The position numbers and the translations under genes are program-made. DNA of 31,981 nt. It comes from Macrostomum lignano. Lineage: Eukaryota. The stretch is taken from NCBI GenBank assembly GCA_002269645.1, contig NIVC01000367.1:1-31981 (forward strand), given 5' to 3'. Shown here piece by piece: positions 1 to 10,656 of the stretch; positions within the stretch are counted from its first letter, which is position 1; every line of letters begins with the position of its first letter. Under the pieces are notes generated by a model. The model was given only the letters and a program-made list of their open reading frames with translations, did not search any database and was not told the DNA's origin.

Positions 1-1037
1 TGATGCAACTCAGCTACGCAGCGGCAGACTTGAGTTAAGGAATGAAGTGGGGGGAGCGGTGTGCGAGGGTTAGATGGATTAATTAAGCTACCCCAATCAG
101 TTTCATCGTATTCTTTATTTCAGAACAGTCCAAGAGAAATTGCTCACTGGCGCATAGAGTGGCGGCGACTTTTCAATGTTGCTGAGTATAAGTACATTGC
201 ATAGGTGTAACACGCAGGCAAGTCAGCGATGTACATAGAGAGAGAGCGAACGTACATCAATTAAAAGCGATACAATTATTCAGCAAAATATCTGTAATAG
301 TTCAATGCTACTATTTTAGTAACTGTCACTAAGACAAGGAATAAAATCATCACATAAAGTCCATTGGCAGCCGTTTTAAGCCTCTCACTTGCTCATTAAA
401 CAGAAGTGGCCGTACATGTAGACTATAGGACTGAGGAGCAGAAAAGCTAGAATATGGATGATCCCTAGAAGATAGGGATGGCTTGGGCCATAGCCTTTAG
501 AACTGAGGAGCAGAAGAGCCTGAGAATAGGGGCTGATTTAGGGACTCGAAAATAGCTGAATCAAAGCTGCTAAGAGTTCGCGCAGAAAGTTCTAAAGTTA
601 TGCGTAGCCCCCCTCAGCCTACAAAGTTTGTTTTACTTTTAGTTTGCAACCAAGCGATAGACAAAAATTTGTCTAATGACTCAAAGCGAGGAAAACCGCT
701 GTTTGATGAGCGTTGGCAAAATAAATTATTAGTAATCCATAATTCAGAATGGTAATATTTGAGTAAATACTAAAATTTTTTAACTAGACTACAGCAAAAT
801 TGAAAAAAATCACTTAGCTTTTTTGGAGCTGAGCAAAATGTGAGTAACGGCACCGTTTCTTAAAATTTGATCTAAATAACATTTAAAACATTGGTTAAAA
901 CAGGTTCATGCTTTTCAAATAGGAAACAATCATTTATAATAATAAATTTACAATAAATAACAAACAATAACAATAAATTTTTAATCAAAAGTAATGATTT
1001 TAATAAAAAGTCAAAACAAGTCAAATCGAATTCAAAG

Positions 1038-2672
1038 TCAATGTTTCATCTGCATTTTAGCCAGAGCACTTGCAACATCCAAGACAGGTTGTGGCTGCTG
1101 CTCTATATGCTTCTGTGGGATCTCCATGGTAAATTTCGGACGAAAATTTGGTCGATCTTCGAACAAACCATTAAACTTGGATTCGCATTTTTTGAAATTG
1201 TCATAGCACCATTGATGCACAGATGTTTCATTCGTATCTTGCTGTTTAATACGAATTTCTAGATCAATTTCTTCCGCGTTAAGCTTGTCTAGGCTAAATT
1301 GAAGACTCGCTGTGCAAGGTTGTCCGGTTTGAGTGGCAAGTGTGTTTAGGTCGTGCAGATGACACTCAATGGTACTCCGTAGATTACGCATATTAGCGTC
1401 GTTAAATTCCGTTCCAGTAATTTTAAAGAAAATTGCAGGATCGGTACGCGGGATGCTACGGCCGATAGAAGGATCTTCTGAGACTGTAGGCACGGCAGGA
1501 GGAATGTCGGGTCGGGCCTCATTATTTGCAGCAACCGGACGCCGAGGAACATTCGGTCCATATAAGGGTTCCCAATCTTGAATATTCATGTCATTCAGAA
1601 TGCCTTTCAGTTCTTCATTAGCTTTCTGGGCACTGATTCTCTCTGAGGGACCCTTCGTCAACAATTTTTCAAGCAGGCTCCTAGTTCTCCGCCGACATTC
1701 TTCATTAAATGCATCAGAGCCTTCAAATGTGCACATATTTAGATATAGCACTTTCCAACCCTCACTGAAGAATTCCAATTTAGTCTCAACCGATTCATCA
1801 CTCTCTATAGGATCTTCGACGTCGTCAGATCTTCCAATTTTATTAGGATGAGATCGAAACAGTGACTCAATGCAGACCATACCAAAGGAATAACAGTCCG
1901 CAGCAGTAGTGTAATCTTCACCGTTGGCAACTTCTGGAGCTCTCCAATAAGGAGTTCCGACGCCCCTGGTCATTGGCTGTTCTACTGGCTTGCTGATACC
2001 AAAGTCTGAAAGCTTGCAGTTTCTTCCTTCATCAAACAGCAAAATGTTACAGCCTTTTAGGTCCCTATGAATGATATTATGCATTTTGCCTTCGAATTGA
2101 ATTCCGCCGTGCAGGTAAGCCAACGCATCAGCGATTTGTTGCATGAAACGAATAAAATGGCCAAAGGAGTAGGGGCCATCAGGTACAGTGGCAACACTTG
2201 TGTCTAACAATAAATTATAAAGGTTGCGGTCGGCAAGCTCCATCAGAAACAGCGGTGTGTAAGATTCAAGTTCATCGGAATATCCCATAAACTTCCAAGC
2301 AGAGACAATTCTCTTGTGCGCTTCATTAGTTTGGGGGGACTTGTGCGCTTCATTAGTTTGGGGGGACTTGTGCGCTTCATTAGTTTGGGGGGACTTGTGC
2401 GCTTCATTAGTTTGGGGGGACTTGTGCGCTTCATTAGTTTTGGGGGATTTAAAACTGCTCAGAAGCTTGTATTCACGACGGAATATTTGTAAGTCTTTAG
2501 CTACATCACTAGCTGATCTAATTTGATTTTTTGCGAACGACTTTATAGCCAATTTGATTGTTTCACGAGAACCATTATTATTATATTTTACGAAGCAAGA
2601 GAATACTCCGTGACGTGTGTTGATAGGTTCGATCGTTTCTTTTAAAACTTCGATGTCGGAATTCGACCCCAT
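1038..2672 (-). CDS. Intronless orphan Ser/Thr protein kinase with a C-terminal extension of unknown fold
   Basis: Motifs LAIK, HRDLKGCN, DFG, GTPYWRAPE and DCYSFG are in order. The ORF track start at 2699 is TTG; the first ATG is at 2672 (MGSNSD). The Gly-rich loop is degenerate (TRHGVFS). Confidence 0.88.
   Translation of the reverse strand: MGSNSDIEVLKETIEPINTRHGVFSCFVKYNNNGSRETIKLAIKSFAKNQIRSASDVAKDLQIFRREYKLLSSFKSPKTNEAHKSPQTNEAHKSPQTNEAHKSPQTNEAHKSPQTNEAHKRIVSAWKFMGYSDELESYTPLFLMELADRNLYNLLLDTSVATVPDGPYSFGHFIRFMQQIADALAYLHGGIQFEGKMHNIIHRDLKGCNILLFDEGRNCKLSDFGISKPVEQPMTRGVGTPYWRAPEVANGEDYTTAADCYSFGMVCIESLFRSHPNKIGRSDDVEDPIESDESVETKLEFFSEGWKVLYLNMCTFEGSDAFNEECRRRTRSLLEKLLTKGPSERISAQKANEELKGILNDMNIQDWEPLYGPNVPRRPVAANNEARPDIPPAVPTVSEDPSIGRSIPRTDPAIFFKITGTEFNDANMRNLRSTIECHLHDLNTLATQTGQPCTASLQFSLDKLNAEEIDLEIRIKQQDTNETSVHQWCYDNFKKCESKFNGLFEDRPNFRPKFTMEIPQKHIEQQPQPVLDVASALAKMQMKH
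2313..2447. repeat. 27-bp coding minisatellite, 5 copies (KSPQTNEAH)
   Basis: Unit cttgtgcgcttcattagtttgggggga starts at 2313, 2340, 2367, 2394 and 2421; the last copy has one variant. Confidence 0.97.
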
Positions 2673-2734
2673 TGTAACTGCAGTTTTAAACTTGTTCAAT
2701 AGAGTGCTTCGAAATTTTAAATCTTCGAGATTCT

Positions 2735-2750
2735 CTGAGGAGCAAAAGGT
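2735..2750 (-). promoter_or_regulatory. 3' splice acceptor 62 nt upstream of the kinase ATG (5'UTR intron or trans-splice site)
   Basis: Minus strand reads ccttttgctcctcag|agaatc, with the AG at 2735-2736. Confidence 0.5.
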
Positions 2751-2896
2751 TCAGTTATTTATTTAATTAAAAAAACTAGACCTATCTTTAAAAAACTAGT
2801 GAACTATTCGATGAAAAATATATGTATCGGTAAAAAAGGATGATATATTAAAATAATACGATGACATTCAAAACTTTGGGGAAAAGTTATCTGCGC

Positions 2897-3185
2897 GGAT
2901 CTGGGAGGCTGGCCCAGCAACTGAGGATCTGGGAGGCTGGCTCAGCAACTGAGGATCTGGGAGGCTGGCCCAGCGACTGAGGATCTGGGAGGCTGGCTCA
3001 GCAACTGAGGATCTGGGAGGCTGGCACAGCAACTGAGAATCTGGGAGGCTGGCTCAGCAACTGAGGATCTGGGAGGCTGGCCCAGCAACTGAGGATCTGG
3101 GAGGCTGGCCCAGCAACTGAGGATCTGGGAGGCTGTCCGAGCAACTGAGGATCTCGGAAGCGGTAGCCTGGTAACTGGGAATCTG
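2897..3185. repeat. 28-bp minisatellite, 9 full copies plus a degenerate one
   Basis: Unit ggatctgggaggctggcccagcaactga recurs with period 28 from 2897 to 3148. Confidence 0.97.
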
Positions 3186-3437
3186 ATAGGAAAACCCATA
3201 AACTTGTAGATTTTAATAACTACACTGGCTAGTAATAGAATCTCCTAAAAAAGCACCGAAGAAACAAGTAATTATAGAGAAATTCTTAATCTTACTTGCA
3301 TTTATATTATTGATAAAATAACCCTTACAACCTTAAATTATCTTGCAACTATGATTTAAATAAATCGTACGTACAAGTCGGAGGTAAAAGAAATGACAAT
3401 AATCGTGACGTATTCTAAGAAACACTGCATCATTTTA

Positions 3438-4554
3438 TCAATTATTCTGGTGATCAGCAGATGAGGCTGGCGACGGAGTGGCAGAGTATTGCACCAGACA
3501 GCCACCAAAGGCATCGTCTTCACCGGCAGCTTGGGCATTTCTGACGACCGGCGCAGTCGGCGAAGCATTCATCATCGAGGATATCGCCAAAGCATCCGCC
3601 GTCAAGGATGTCGCCGAAGCACCCACCGTCGAGGATGTCGCCGAAGCACCCACCATCGAGGATGTCGCCGAAGCACCCACCGTCGAGGATGTCGCCGGAG
3701 CACCCACCATCGAGGATGTCGCCGAAGCACCCACCGTCGAGGATGTCGCCGAAACATCAACTATCGAGGACATCGCCGAAGCATTCACCTTCGAGGACGT
3801 CGCCGAAGCATCCATCTTTGAGGACGTCGCCGAAGCATCCACTGTCGATGCCGAGGCATCCGCCGTCGAGGACGCCGCCGAAGCATCCACATCCACCTTC
3901 CAGGACGTCACCGAAGCATCATCACGTGACCTGTTTCGCCGAAAAGTACCTCCAACAACGACGCCCATCATTCGCCGATTCTGACCAGTCCGTCGTTTCA
4001 ACTCCTCCGGCTCCGCAGCCCTAGCCGACTTAAACGCCGAACAACCCGACTTTTTGTACTCTTCCTCCGAATTGGCATCGGCACTAGCGACTCGTTTAGT
4101 CGGTCTGACAGCATCAACTGGAGCAACACCGCCCATCCGCAGCAGTTGAGCTCCGACTTCATCAGCCGACGATTCGGGCAACAATTCCAACGAGCCGCCA
4201 GTCAGCGAGTGTCTGGCAAGCAACTCTGCATCGCTGGCAGACTGGGCGGCCAGTCGCTTGCGTTCCTGGCGTAGGCCGGCTCGGACCAGACGATTCAACT
4301 GGATGTCAGCGGCGCCGCGAGCACCCGCATCGACGGCTAAAGCGGCGAGTCGAGGCGCGCTTTCTTCTCCGCGCTGTTCGTCGGATTTACCGTGCTCTAG
4401 TTTGTACATAGCATCGGTTGCTAAGCGACGCTTTGTCTCGCCGTCCTCCGGCGCGATTTGACCATTCTCTGTTGGATCCCAGCGTTGCTCTTTTCGGCGA
4501 GCCCCGGATACGATGACGTAATCAAAGTTGGCGGGATCTGTGCGGATCAGATAC
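3438..4554 (-). CDS. YJU2B: YJU2B/CCDC130 splicing factor, exon 2
   Basis: Acceptor ttctag|g at 4555-4556. Reads (R)YLIRTDPANFDYVIVSGARRKEQRWD...ATDAMYKLEHG, matching the CCDC130 family (TDPANCDYVIVSGA...TDAMFRLEHG). Stop TGA at 3438-3440. The spliced CDS is 1407 nt (468 aa). Confidence 0.92.
3560..3920. repeat. 27-bp coding minisatellite, about 13 degenerate copies (ATSSTVGAS) in the YJU2B C-terminus
   Basis: Unit ccaccgtcgaggatgtcgccgaagcac is tandemly repeated and degenerates toward both ends. Confidence 0.93.
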
Positions 4555-4589
4555 CTAGAATGATGAGTGTGGGTCAGTCAGGTTATAAA

Positions 4590-5205
4590 CACTACTGATC
4601 TCTACTTTGATTAAATGGGGACAACATAATTGACCCCTGTCTGTGATTAAATTTTGACCCCCTACTGTGATTAAATGGGAACAATTGATACCCTCCTGTG
4701 ATCGATTGGGGACAATTGAACCCCCCCCCCCCCGCTACTGTGAAAAAATGAGGACAATTGACCCCCACTACTGTGATTAAATAGGGACGATTGACCCTCC
4801 TAGCTAGTGATTAAATGGGAACAATTGACCCCTACAGTGATTAAATGGGGACAATTGACCCCCAATAGTGAAAAATGGGGATAATTGACCCCCACTACTG
4901 TGACTAGATTGCAACAATTGACATCCTTCTGCGGTCGATTGGGGACAACTGACCCCTGTCTGTGATTAAATTTTGACCCCCTACTGTGATTAAATGAGGG
5001 CAATCGACCCCCTAATGTGATTAAATGGGGACAACTGACCCCCAATAGTGAAAAAATGGGGATAATTGACCCCATTACTGTGATTAAATCGGAACAATTG
5101 ACCCCCACTACTGTGATCAAGTGGGGACAGTTGAACCCACTACTGTGATCAAGTGGGGACAATTGACCCCCTACTGAGATCAAACAGGGACAACTGACTC
5201 CCTCG
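4590..5205. repeat. ~31-33-bp intronic minisatellite
   Basis: Unit ctactgtgattaaatggggacaattgacccc fills most of the 712-bp YJU2B intron (4555-5266). Confidence 0.93.
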
Positions 5206-5266
5206 AAATAAATGCAGTTAACTAAAATCTCTTAAGCAATAAAAAGCAAATTAACCAATAACAAAC

Positions 5267-5556
5267 CTCTGATCGCACAGGTGACACTTCATATTAAACT
5301 CGTACACAGGTGTACTATAGTACATGCCGACCTTTTTCTTCTCGGCATTGTACCTGACACCCATAGCAACGTGTCTACCGCAGCCGCCGCACCAGATATT
5401 ATAGGGCATCTCGAACCGGATAACAATAACGCCTTGACCGATCTTCTTAGCTCGTTCGCGCAGAGCGTGAGTGCCATGATATGCGTCTAAGCTGCGATGC
5501 ACCCGAGGATCAAAGTCTGGCGGATAATATTTGTTTGTACCTTTGCGTTCTCCCAT
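5267..5556 (-). CDS. YJU2B: YJU2B/CCDC130 splicing factor, exon 1
   Basis: MGERKGTNKYYPPDFDP...IRFEMPYNIWCGGC...RYNAEKKKVG.YYSTP.Y.F.MKCHLC is the DUF572/CWC16 signature with two CxxC motifs. Donor cagag|gtttgt at 5266 is phase 2 and compatible with exon 2. Confidence 0.96.
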
Positions 5557-5620
5557 GGTAACTATATATCAGCGAATTCCACGACCGATTTAGTGCCCTC
5601 TCGCTGTTCAGGCAGGTACG

Positions 5621-5640
5621 CTGAAGAAGTAAAAAACTAA
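5621..5640 (-). promoter_or_regulatory. 3' splice acceptor 64 nt upstream of the YJU2B ATG (5'UTR intron or trans-splice site)
   Basis: Minus strand reads ttagttttttacttcttcag|cgtacc: a strong pyrimidine tract with the AG at 5621-5622. Confidence 0.6.
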
Positions 5641-5689
5641 TAATTAATTTTTTATAGAAAAATTGGCTCAATTTGAATTTCACACCTTA

Positions 5690-6085
5690 ATAATCTTTAT
5701 CGCTAATTATTTACACCTGTAGCTATTTTTATCGCCAATTATTCTCACCTCAGCCATCTTTATCGCTAATTATTCTCACCTTAGCCATCTTTATCGCTAA
5801 CTATTCACACATTTAGTCATCTTTATCGCTAATTATTGTCACCTTAGCCATCTTTATCGCTAATTATTCTCACCTTTATCGCTAATTATTCACACATTTA
5901 GTCATCTTTTATCGCTAAGTATTCTCACCTTTAGTCATCTTTATCGCTAATTATTCACACCTTCAGCCATCTTTATCGCTAAATATTCACACCTTAGCCA
6001 TCTTTATCGCTAATTATTCACACATTTAGTCATCTTTATCGCTAAATATTCACACCTTAGTCATCCTTATTACTAATTATCCAAA
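5690..6085. repeat. ~31-bp intergenic minisatellite, about 12 copies
   Basis: Unit atctttatcgctaattattcacaccttagcc is repeated with small indels. Confidence 0.93.
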
Positions 6086-6207
6086 CTTAATTAGTGAACC
6101 AATTAAACAATTACCAAATAAGAACGGTTTTGTCAATTCCAAACCAGGTGAAAATTAGCAGTTGGAAAAATTGGAAAATGCACGAATAAATGTATTTTGC
6201 AAACAAA

Positions 6208-6213
6208 TTTATT
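6208..6213 (-). promoter_or_regulatory. Probable NOC4L polyadenylation signal AATAAA
   Basis: tttatt on the plus strand, about 60 nt after the NOC4L stop codon. Confidence 0.55.
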
Positions 6214-6271
6214 CTGAAATAGTCACGATCAGTAAGAGCACAGAAACTGAGACAGACTCTCGGTGATACAG

Positions 6272-6430
6272 TTAACACCATCCATCCAGTTGCTTCAACA
6301 GCTCGTCTCCGTCAACAGCTGGGTCGACTTCTTCGTCGCTAGCGTAGCCAGATTCTTTCAAAGCTTCCGCCTGTTTCAGACAGTCAGGCAGAAGATCCTC
6401 GCACACCTGGTCCCAGTCGCGTTCGACCAC
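6272..6430 (-). CDS. NOC4L: NOC4L terminal exon
   Basis: Acceptor tcgtcccacag|gtg at 6431-6432 is phase 0 and matches donor cag|gtgaga at 7178. Reads VVERDWDQVCEDLLPD...QLDGWC*. Confidence 0.8.
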   Translation of the reverse strand: MVERDWDQVCEDLLPDCLKQAEALKESGYASDEEVDPAVDGDELLKQLDGWC

Positions 6431-6534
6431 CTGTGGGACGAGAGAGAGAGTGAAGTTTAAACTCTACTTGCGCATCGATTATGAAATTTTCGTGTTATTT
6501 TTGGTGTCAAACAATTGAAGCCATTACAGAAAAT

Positions 6535-7130
6535 CTTTCAAGACTTTCTGAATCCCTTTAGGCTCTTTCCGAATCCCATTAGGCTTTTCTAGAATCCAAT
6601 TAGGCTCCTTCCGAATCCCTTTAGGCTCTTTTCAAATCTCAATAACTCCTTCCAAATCCAATTAGGATCTTTCCAAATCTCATTAGGCTCTTTCTGAATC
6701 CCTTTTAGGCTCTTTTCAAATCTCATTAGGCTCTTTCCGAATCCCTTTAGGCTCTTTTCAAATCTCATTAGGCTCTTTCCGAATCCCTTTAGGCTCTTTT
6801 CAAATCTCATTAGGCTCTTTCCGAATCCCTTTAGGCTTTTTCCGAATCCCAATGGCTCTTTCCGAATCTCAATAAACTCTTTCCGAATCCCATTAGGCTC
6901 TTTCCAAATCCCCTTAAGCTCTTTCCTAATCCAATTCAAAGGCTCTTTCCGAGTTCAATTAGGCTCTTTCGGAATCTAATTAGGCTTTTTTCGGAATTCC
7001 ATTAGGCTCTTTTTGAATCCAACTAGACTATTTCCTAGTTCAATTAGGCTCTTTCCGAATCCCACTAAGCTCTTTCCAAATTCCCTGACGCTCATTCCGA
7101 ATCCCATTAAAGACTCTTTCCGTATATCTT
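6535..7130. repeat. 21-bp intronic minisatellite, about 28 degenerate copies
   Basis: Unit aggctctttccgaatcccatt fills the last NOC4L intron (6431-7178). Confidence 0.93.
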
Positions 7131-7178
7131 CAACTCTAAAGTTTAAACTGTTTCCAATAACCTCACCAAAAATCTCAC

Positions 7179-8389
7179 CTGTTTGTCGCAAAAATCTTCG
7201 ACAACAGACAGAGCCCTATTGATCTTCTTAGCCATCTGTCCAACCGACAGTTCCCAATGCCGCTGCAGAACTCTCAGCTCCCAGAGCGAATAACCAGGCG
7301 AAGCAGCTTCAGCTTCAGTCAGACTGATTGACATGCTAAACTCATTTGAACCGCCTGAACCATTCAGCTTCTCGTTAGCCTCTTTAACGTCCTCATCGTC
7401 TTCAGCCTGCCTATGCACCAGATACTGACACTTCTTATGACGTCGGAGCAGGTTCAACACTAGGCCAATCAGCATTGGCTGACAATAACACGGCGCCAAC
7501 AGGCACAGAGCCGCTAGTCTCTTAGCAAACGCAATTCTAGCCGTGGAAATATTCGTAGCCGTCAAGATAAGATCTAACTGACGATAGAATCGGCCACGAT
7601 AAGGCGACATCAAGCCGCTTAACGACACCAGCTGGTACAGTCGATCAAACAGAGGACCATAATCTAGAGAATAGTTGAACACCAGATGAAATACGCAAGG
7701 AGTTGCGGCCATGCCAACTTCAACGTTGTTGCTTTCGAAAGCGGACATAATGAAGTCGGCTAGTTGCATAGCATTAGTCAGCAGGCCTAATACACGATCA
7801 TTTAGCAGCACTAGCAGACTGCATAACTGCTTGCTCTTATTGCTAACTGGCAGTGGACAATCTAGATAGCGACGCCACAATTTGCCGTACTGTTTACGCA
7901 ACTGACTAATAGACATTAGTTTCTTCTGCAATTGACTATAGAATTCCGATTGTTTCGACCAGAAACTGTGACAGCGACTGTCCGATTCTGGTTGAGTCTT
8001 CTGCAATAGCAGACGATCCTGCCGAGTTAGCCGTTTAGGAAAATTGAACGCAAGTAGGAGACGCTCAATATTGGCGTGACGAATTCTGTAGTTAATACTT
8101 TCTAACTTATTACTACTAGTAGCTAGTTTTCTTAATTCCGCGTCAAGAACTTGCATGCACATTAGGGAGACGTCTGAATAAGCCAGATACGGCTGTAGCT
8201 CAGATACCAATGCAGTCTGTTCTTCCTCATCTTGACAGCTGATTAACCAGCCTATAGGATCTTCGAAATCTGCTCGTCTTGGAACTGACTGCTGAATCTG
8301 TTGCCAGTTCAACAAGTTGGAAGGATTTTTAGTCGACGATGACGCCTGGAGTGTTGAATTTGTAACTTGATTTATTGCCTGTGCAGTTG
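7179..8389 (-). CDS. NOC4L: NOC4L / nucleolar complex protein 4 (CBF/Mak21 domain), main exon
   Basis: LADFIMSAF, LDYGPLFDRLYQL, YRGRFYRQLDLIL, AFAKRLAALCL, NLLRRH, SLWELRVLQRH parallel the Noc4 family motifs (AFAKRLARLAL, NLLRRH, SLWELQALQRH). The frame is open back to acceptor ttgtag|ca at 8390-8391, with an in-frame TGA just upstream. Confidence 0.9.
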
Positions 8390-8648
8390 CTACAATAACT
8401 CAGCAGTACAATTTTGTATATAACATTCAAGGTGTTTCTTTTATGAGTAGTATAGATAAAGTAGCATTGGCTATTTTAGTATTGTTAGGCCTATAAGATC
8501 TCTTAGAAAAACAAAACATTAGTATTCATAATATGACTTATAATATCACTATCTAGTGTATTTCGTTATCACCCCATTGACATCATCCCCTAGGCAGAAT
8601 TTCTTCCCTCTTAGTGTACCTTTGTGAGCCCGCCTTATGAAATGTTTC

Positions 8649-10656
8649 CAGTGATGGGCATAGCGGGCACTAAATTTGAAATTTGCTATGGTGCCACTAC
8701 AATTTTTGAAATTTGCTAATATTGCTAAATTGAAATTTGACTTAGCGTATGCTACAAAAGTGCCACTACATTTTGCTCAAATTTGCTAAAAATTAAAATT
8801 TGCTAAATTTTAGGCAACTAATTTTCTTTTATATCGTTTTTTAGGGTTCTCAGTCTTGTAAACAATATTGTTTTACTGATTTTATTTTTTTTAATATTTT
8901 TTAATGTACATAACGCAACAGTATTTAGAATTTATAATCAAGTCATGTATATTGTACTGATATTGTCATACTGATACTGGTAGGGATAGAAATAAAATAA
9001 ATTGATAGTCAGTCATATTCATAGTCATAGGACTCATAGATAGATCATAGACTGATGCTGATGTCTAATAGACAATAGTGATAACTGATAACTGATGAAT
9101 GATGAGTTTAATTTTTCTTTTTTCTTTTTGTTACTTGTCCTGTTTTTCAGTGTTGGGCACTTCCGTTACCGAGTAACTTGCAAATGGTAACGCAAGTTAC
9201 TGTTTCATAAAGCGTTCCTTACGCAAGTTACTTTTTTATTTTAGTAACGGAGTAACGGTAAGTTACTCAAATTTCAGAAGTCCATTACAGTTACTTTGCA
9301 ACAATCGCAATATTTAAATTTAAAACTGAAATGCTTAGCTATTACGCCGGTTGTCACATGTTTTTGCATTTTTCATTCCTAAATTCAAAATTAAATGAAT
9401 AGTATCATATGGTATTGCGCTTAATTAATGAAGAAATACTTGAAACATGTTTTACTTTGTTAATTTCGGTAAAATATTTTCGCCTTTCATTTTCGTTACT
9501 AAAAATTTTCAAGTTTGATTCAAACAAACAACCAAAGAAAGAAATTCATCTGTAGCCTCCACAAGTCCCTCCACTGGCACTGCAGTACAGTACACCATTT
9601 TATACAGTTCTGTTTATTTTACTCTATTGAATTATTGATATTCGTTCATTTTATCATTTATAATTTTAATTATTGATTGCCATTGCCCATTGGTCCTTCT
9701 ACTTGCCTCACATTGTGTCGCCAATTCATGTCTCTGTCTGGTAATCGGTTAATCCCAATGCCCAATGGCAAATTTCGGTAACAACAATGTGAAAAATGTG
9801 CAATGTGAAAAAAAAAGAAAATTTTGTTAATAACATGGGTAACGGAAGTGAGTAACGGACAGTAACTTAAAAGTTACCAGGTTTTTGTCTAAAGTTACTA
9901 GGCTAACATAAGTTACTTTTTAAAAATTGGTAACTTAAGTTACAGTAACGCAAGTTACTTTTTTTAAGTAACTTGCCCAACACTGCTGTTTTTTGCTACT
10001 GTTGTTCTTGCTGTTTGTTTTTTGTCTAAATAATTATTTTATCTCCTAAATAAGTCTATAAATGTTCATTTTAATTTTTAATTTATTCAATTTCTTCAAT
10101 TGCGAATGCCATAAGTATAATACAATTCCATAAATCAGTAATTCAATCAATTCTAATAGTAGAATTTAAATAGTCACGTCAATTACTATCACTGACTACT
10201 GACTAGCAATGGTGACCAACTTGGCAACTGGCAATGGCAGTGGCAACTTATTAAGTAAAGTTACTAAACTTACTATGGTACTACTGTCTGTTAGTATTAG
10301 TGTTACTATACTGGTTACCTTACCTTATCCTTTGGCTTTGCACAGTATAAGTACAATTAACTTTTTTTAATTTGACAAATTTTTAACTAATTTGCGTTTT
10401 ATTTTAATAAATATAAAGTAAAATCTTTCTAATATTCACAAGCTTAAACTAAAGAAAAGAAAAGGTAAATATGAATATTTTTTTCATGTTTTTAAGAAAA
10501 TTTAAGTTTCAGCAAATTTTATATTTAGTGGCACTATAAATTTGCTAATTTTGAAACTAAAATAGCAGCCACTATATAGCGCTAACTTTTTTTAAATTTG
10601 ATAGTGGAAATGCTATATAGTGGCACTACAAAAATATTTAGTGGTGCCCATCATTG
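8649..10656. mobile_element. Non-autonomous hAT-type DNA transposon (outer element, interrupted by a nested MITE)
   Basis: TIRs cagtgatgggca (8649) and tgcccatcattg (10645-10656) have 1 mismatch. Perfect 8-bp TSD aatgtttc at 8641-8648 and 10657-10664. Subterminal aaatttgctaa and gtggcacta repeats. Confidence 0.88.
9148..9985. mobile_element. hAT-type MITE nested inside the 8649-10656 element
   Basis: Perfect 12-bp TIR cagtgttgggca / tgcccaacactg. Perfect 8-bp TSD ctgttttt at 9140-9147 and 9986-9993. Many subterminal gtaac/gttac motifs. Confidence 0.92.

Noticed and set aside
3478-4024. Plus-strand ORFs (EDVAEAP, HRRGCRR and SPKHPP repeats)
   Set aside because: They are alternative frames of the 27-bp repeat, antisense to YJU2B exon 2, which has clear homology.
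4800-7222. ORFs at 4800-5183, 6589-6939, 6976-7191 and 7013-7222 (also 2942-3199)
   Set aside because: They are translations of intronic or intergenic minisatellites. The 6263-6460 plus-strand ORF is antisense to the NOC4L last exon.
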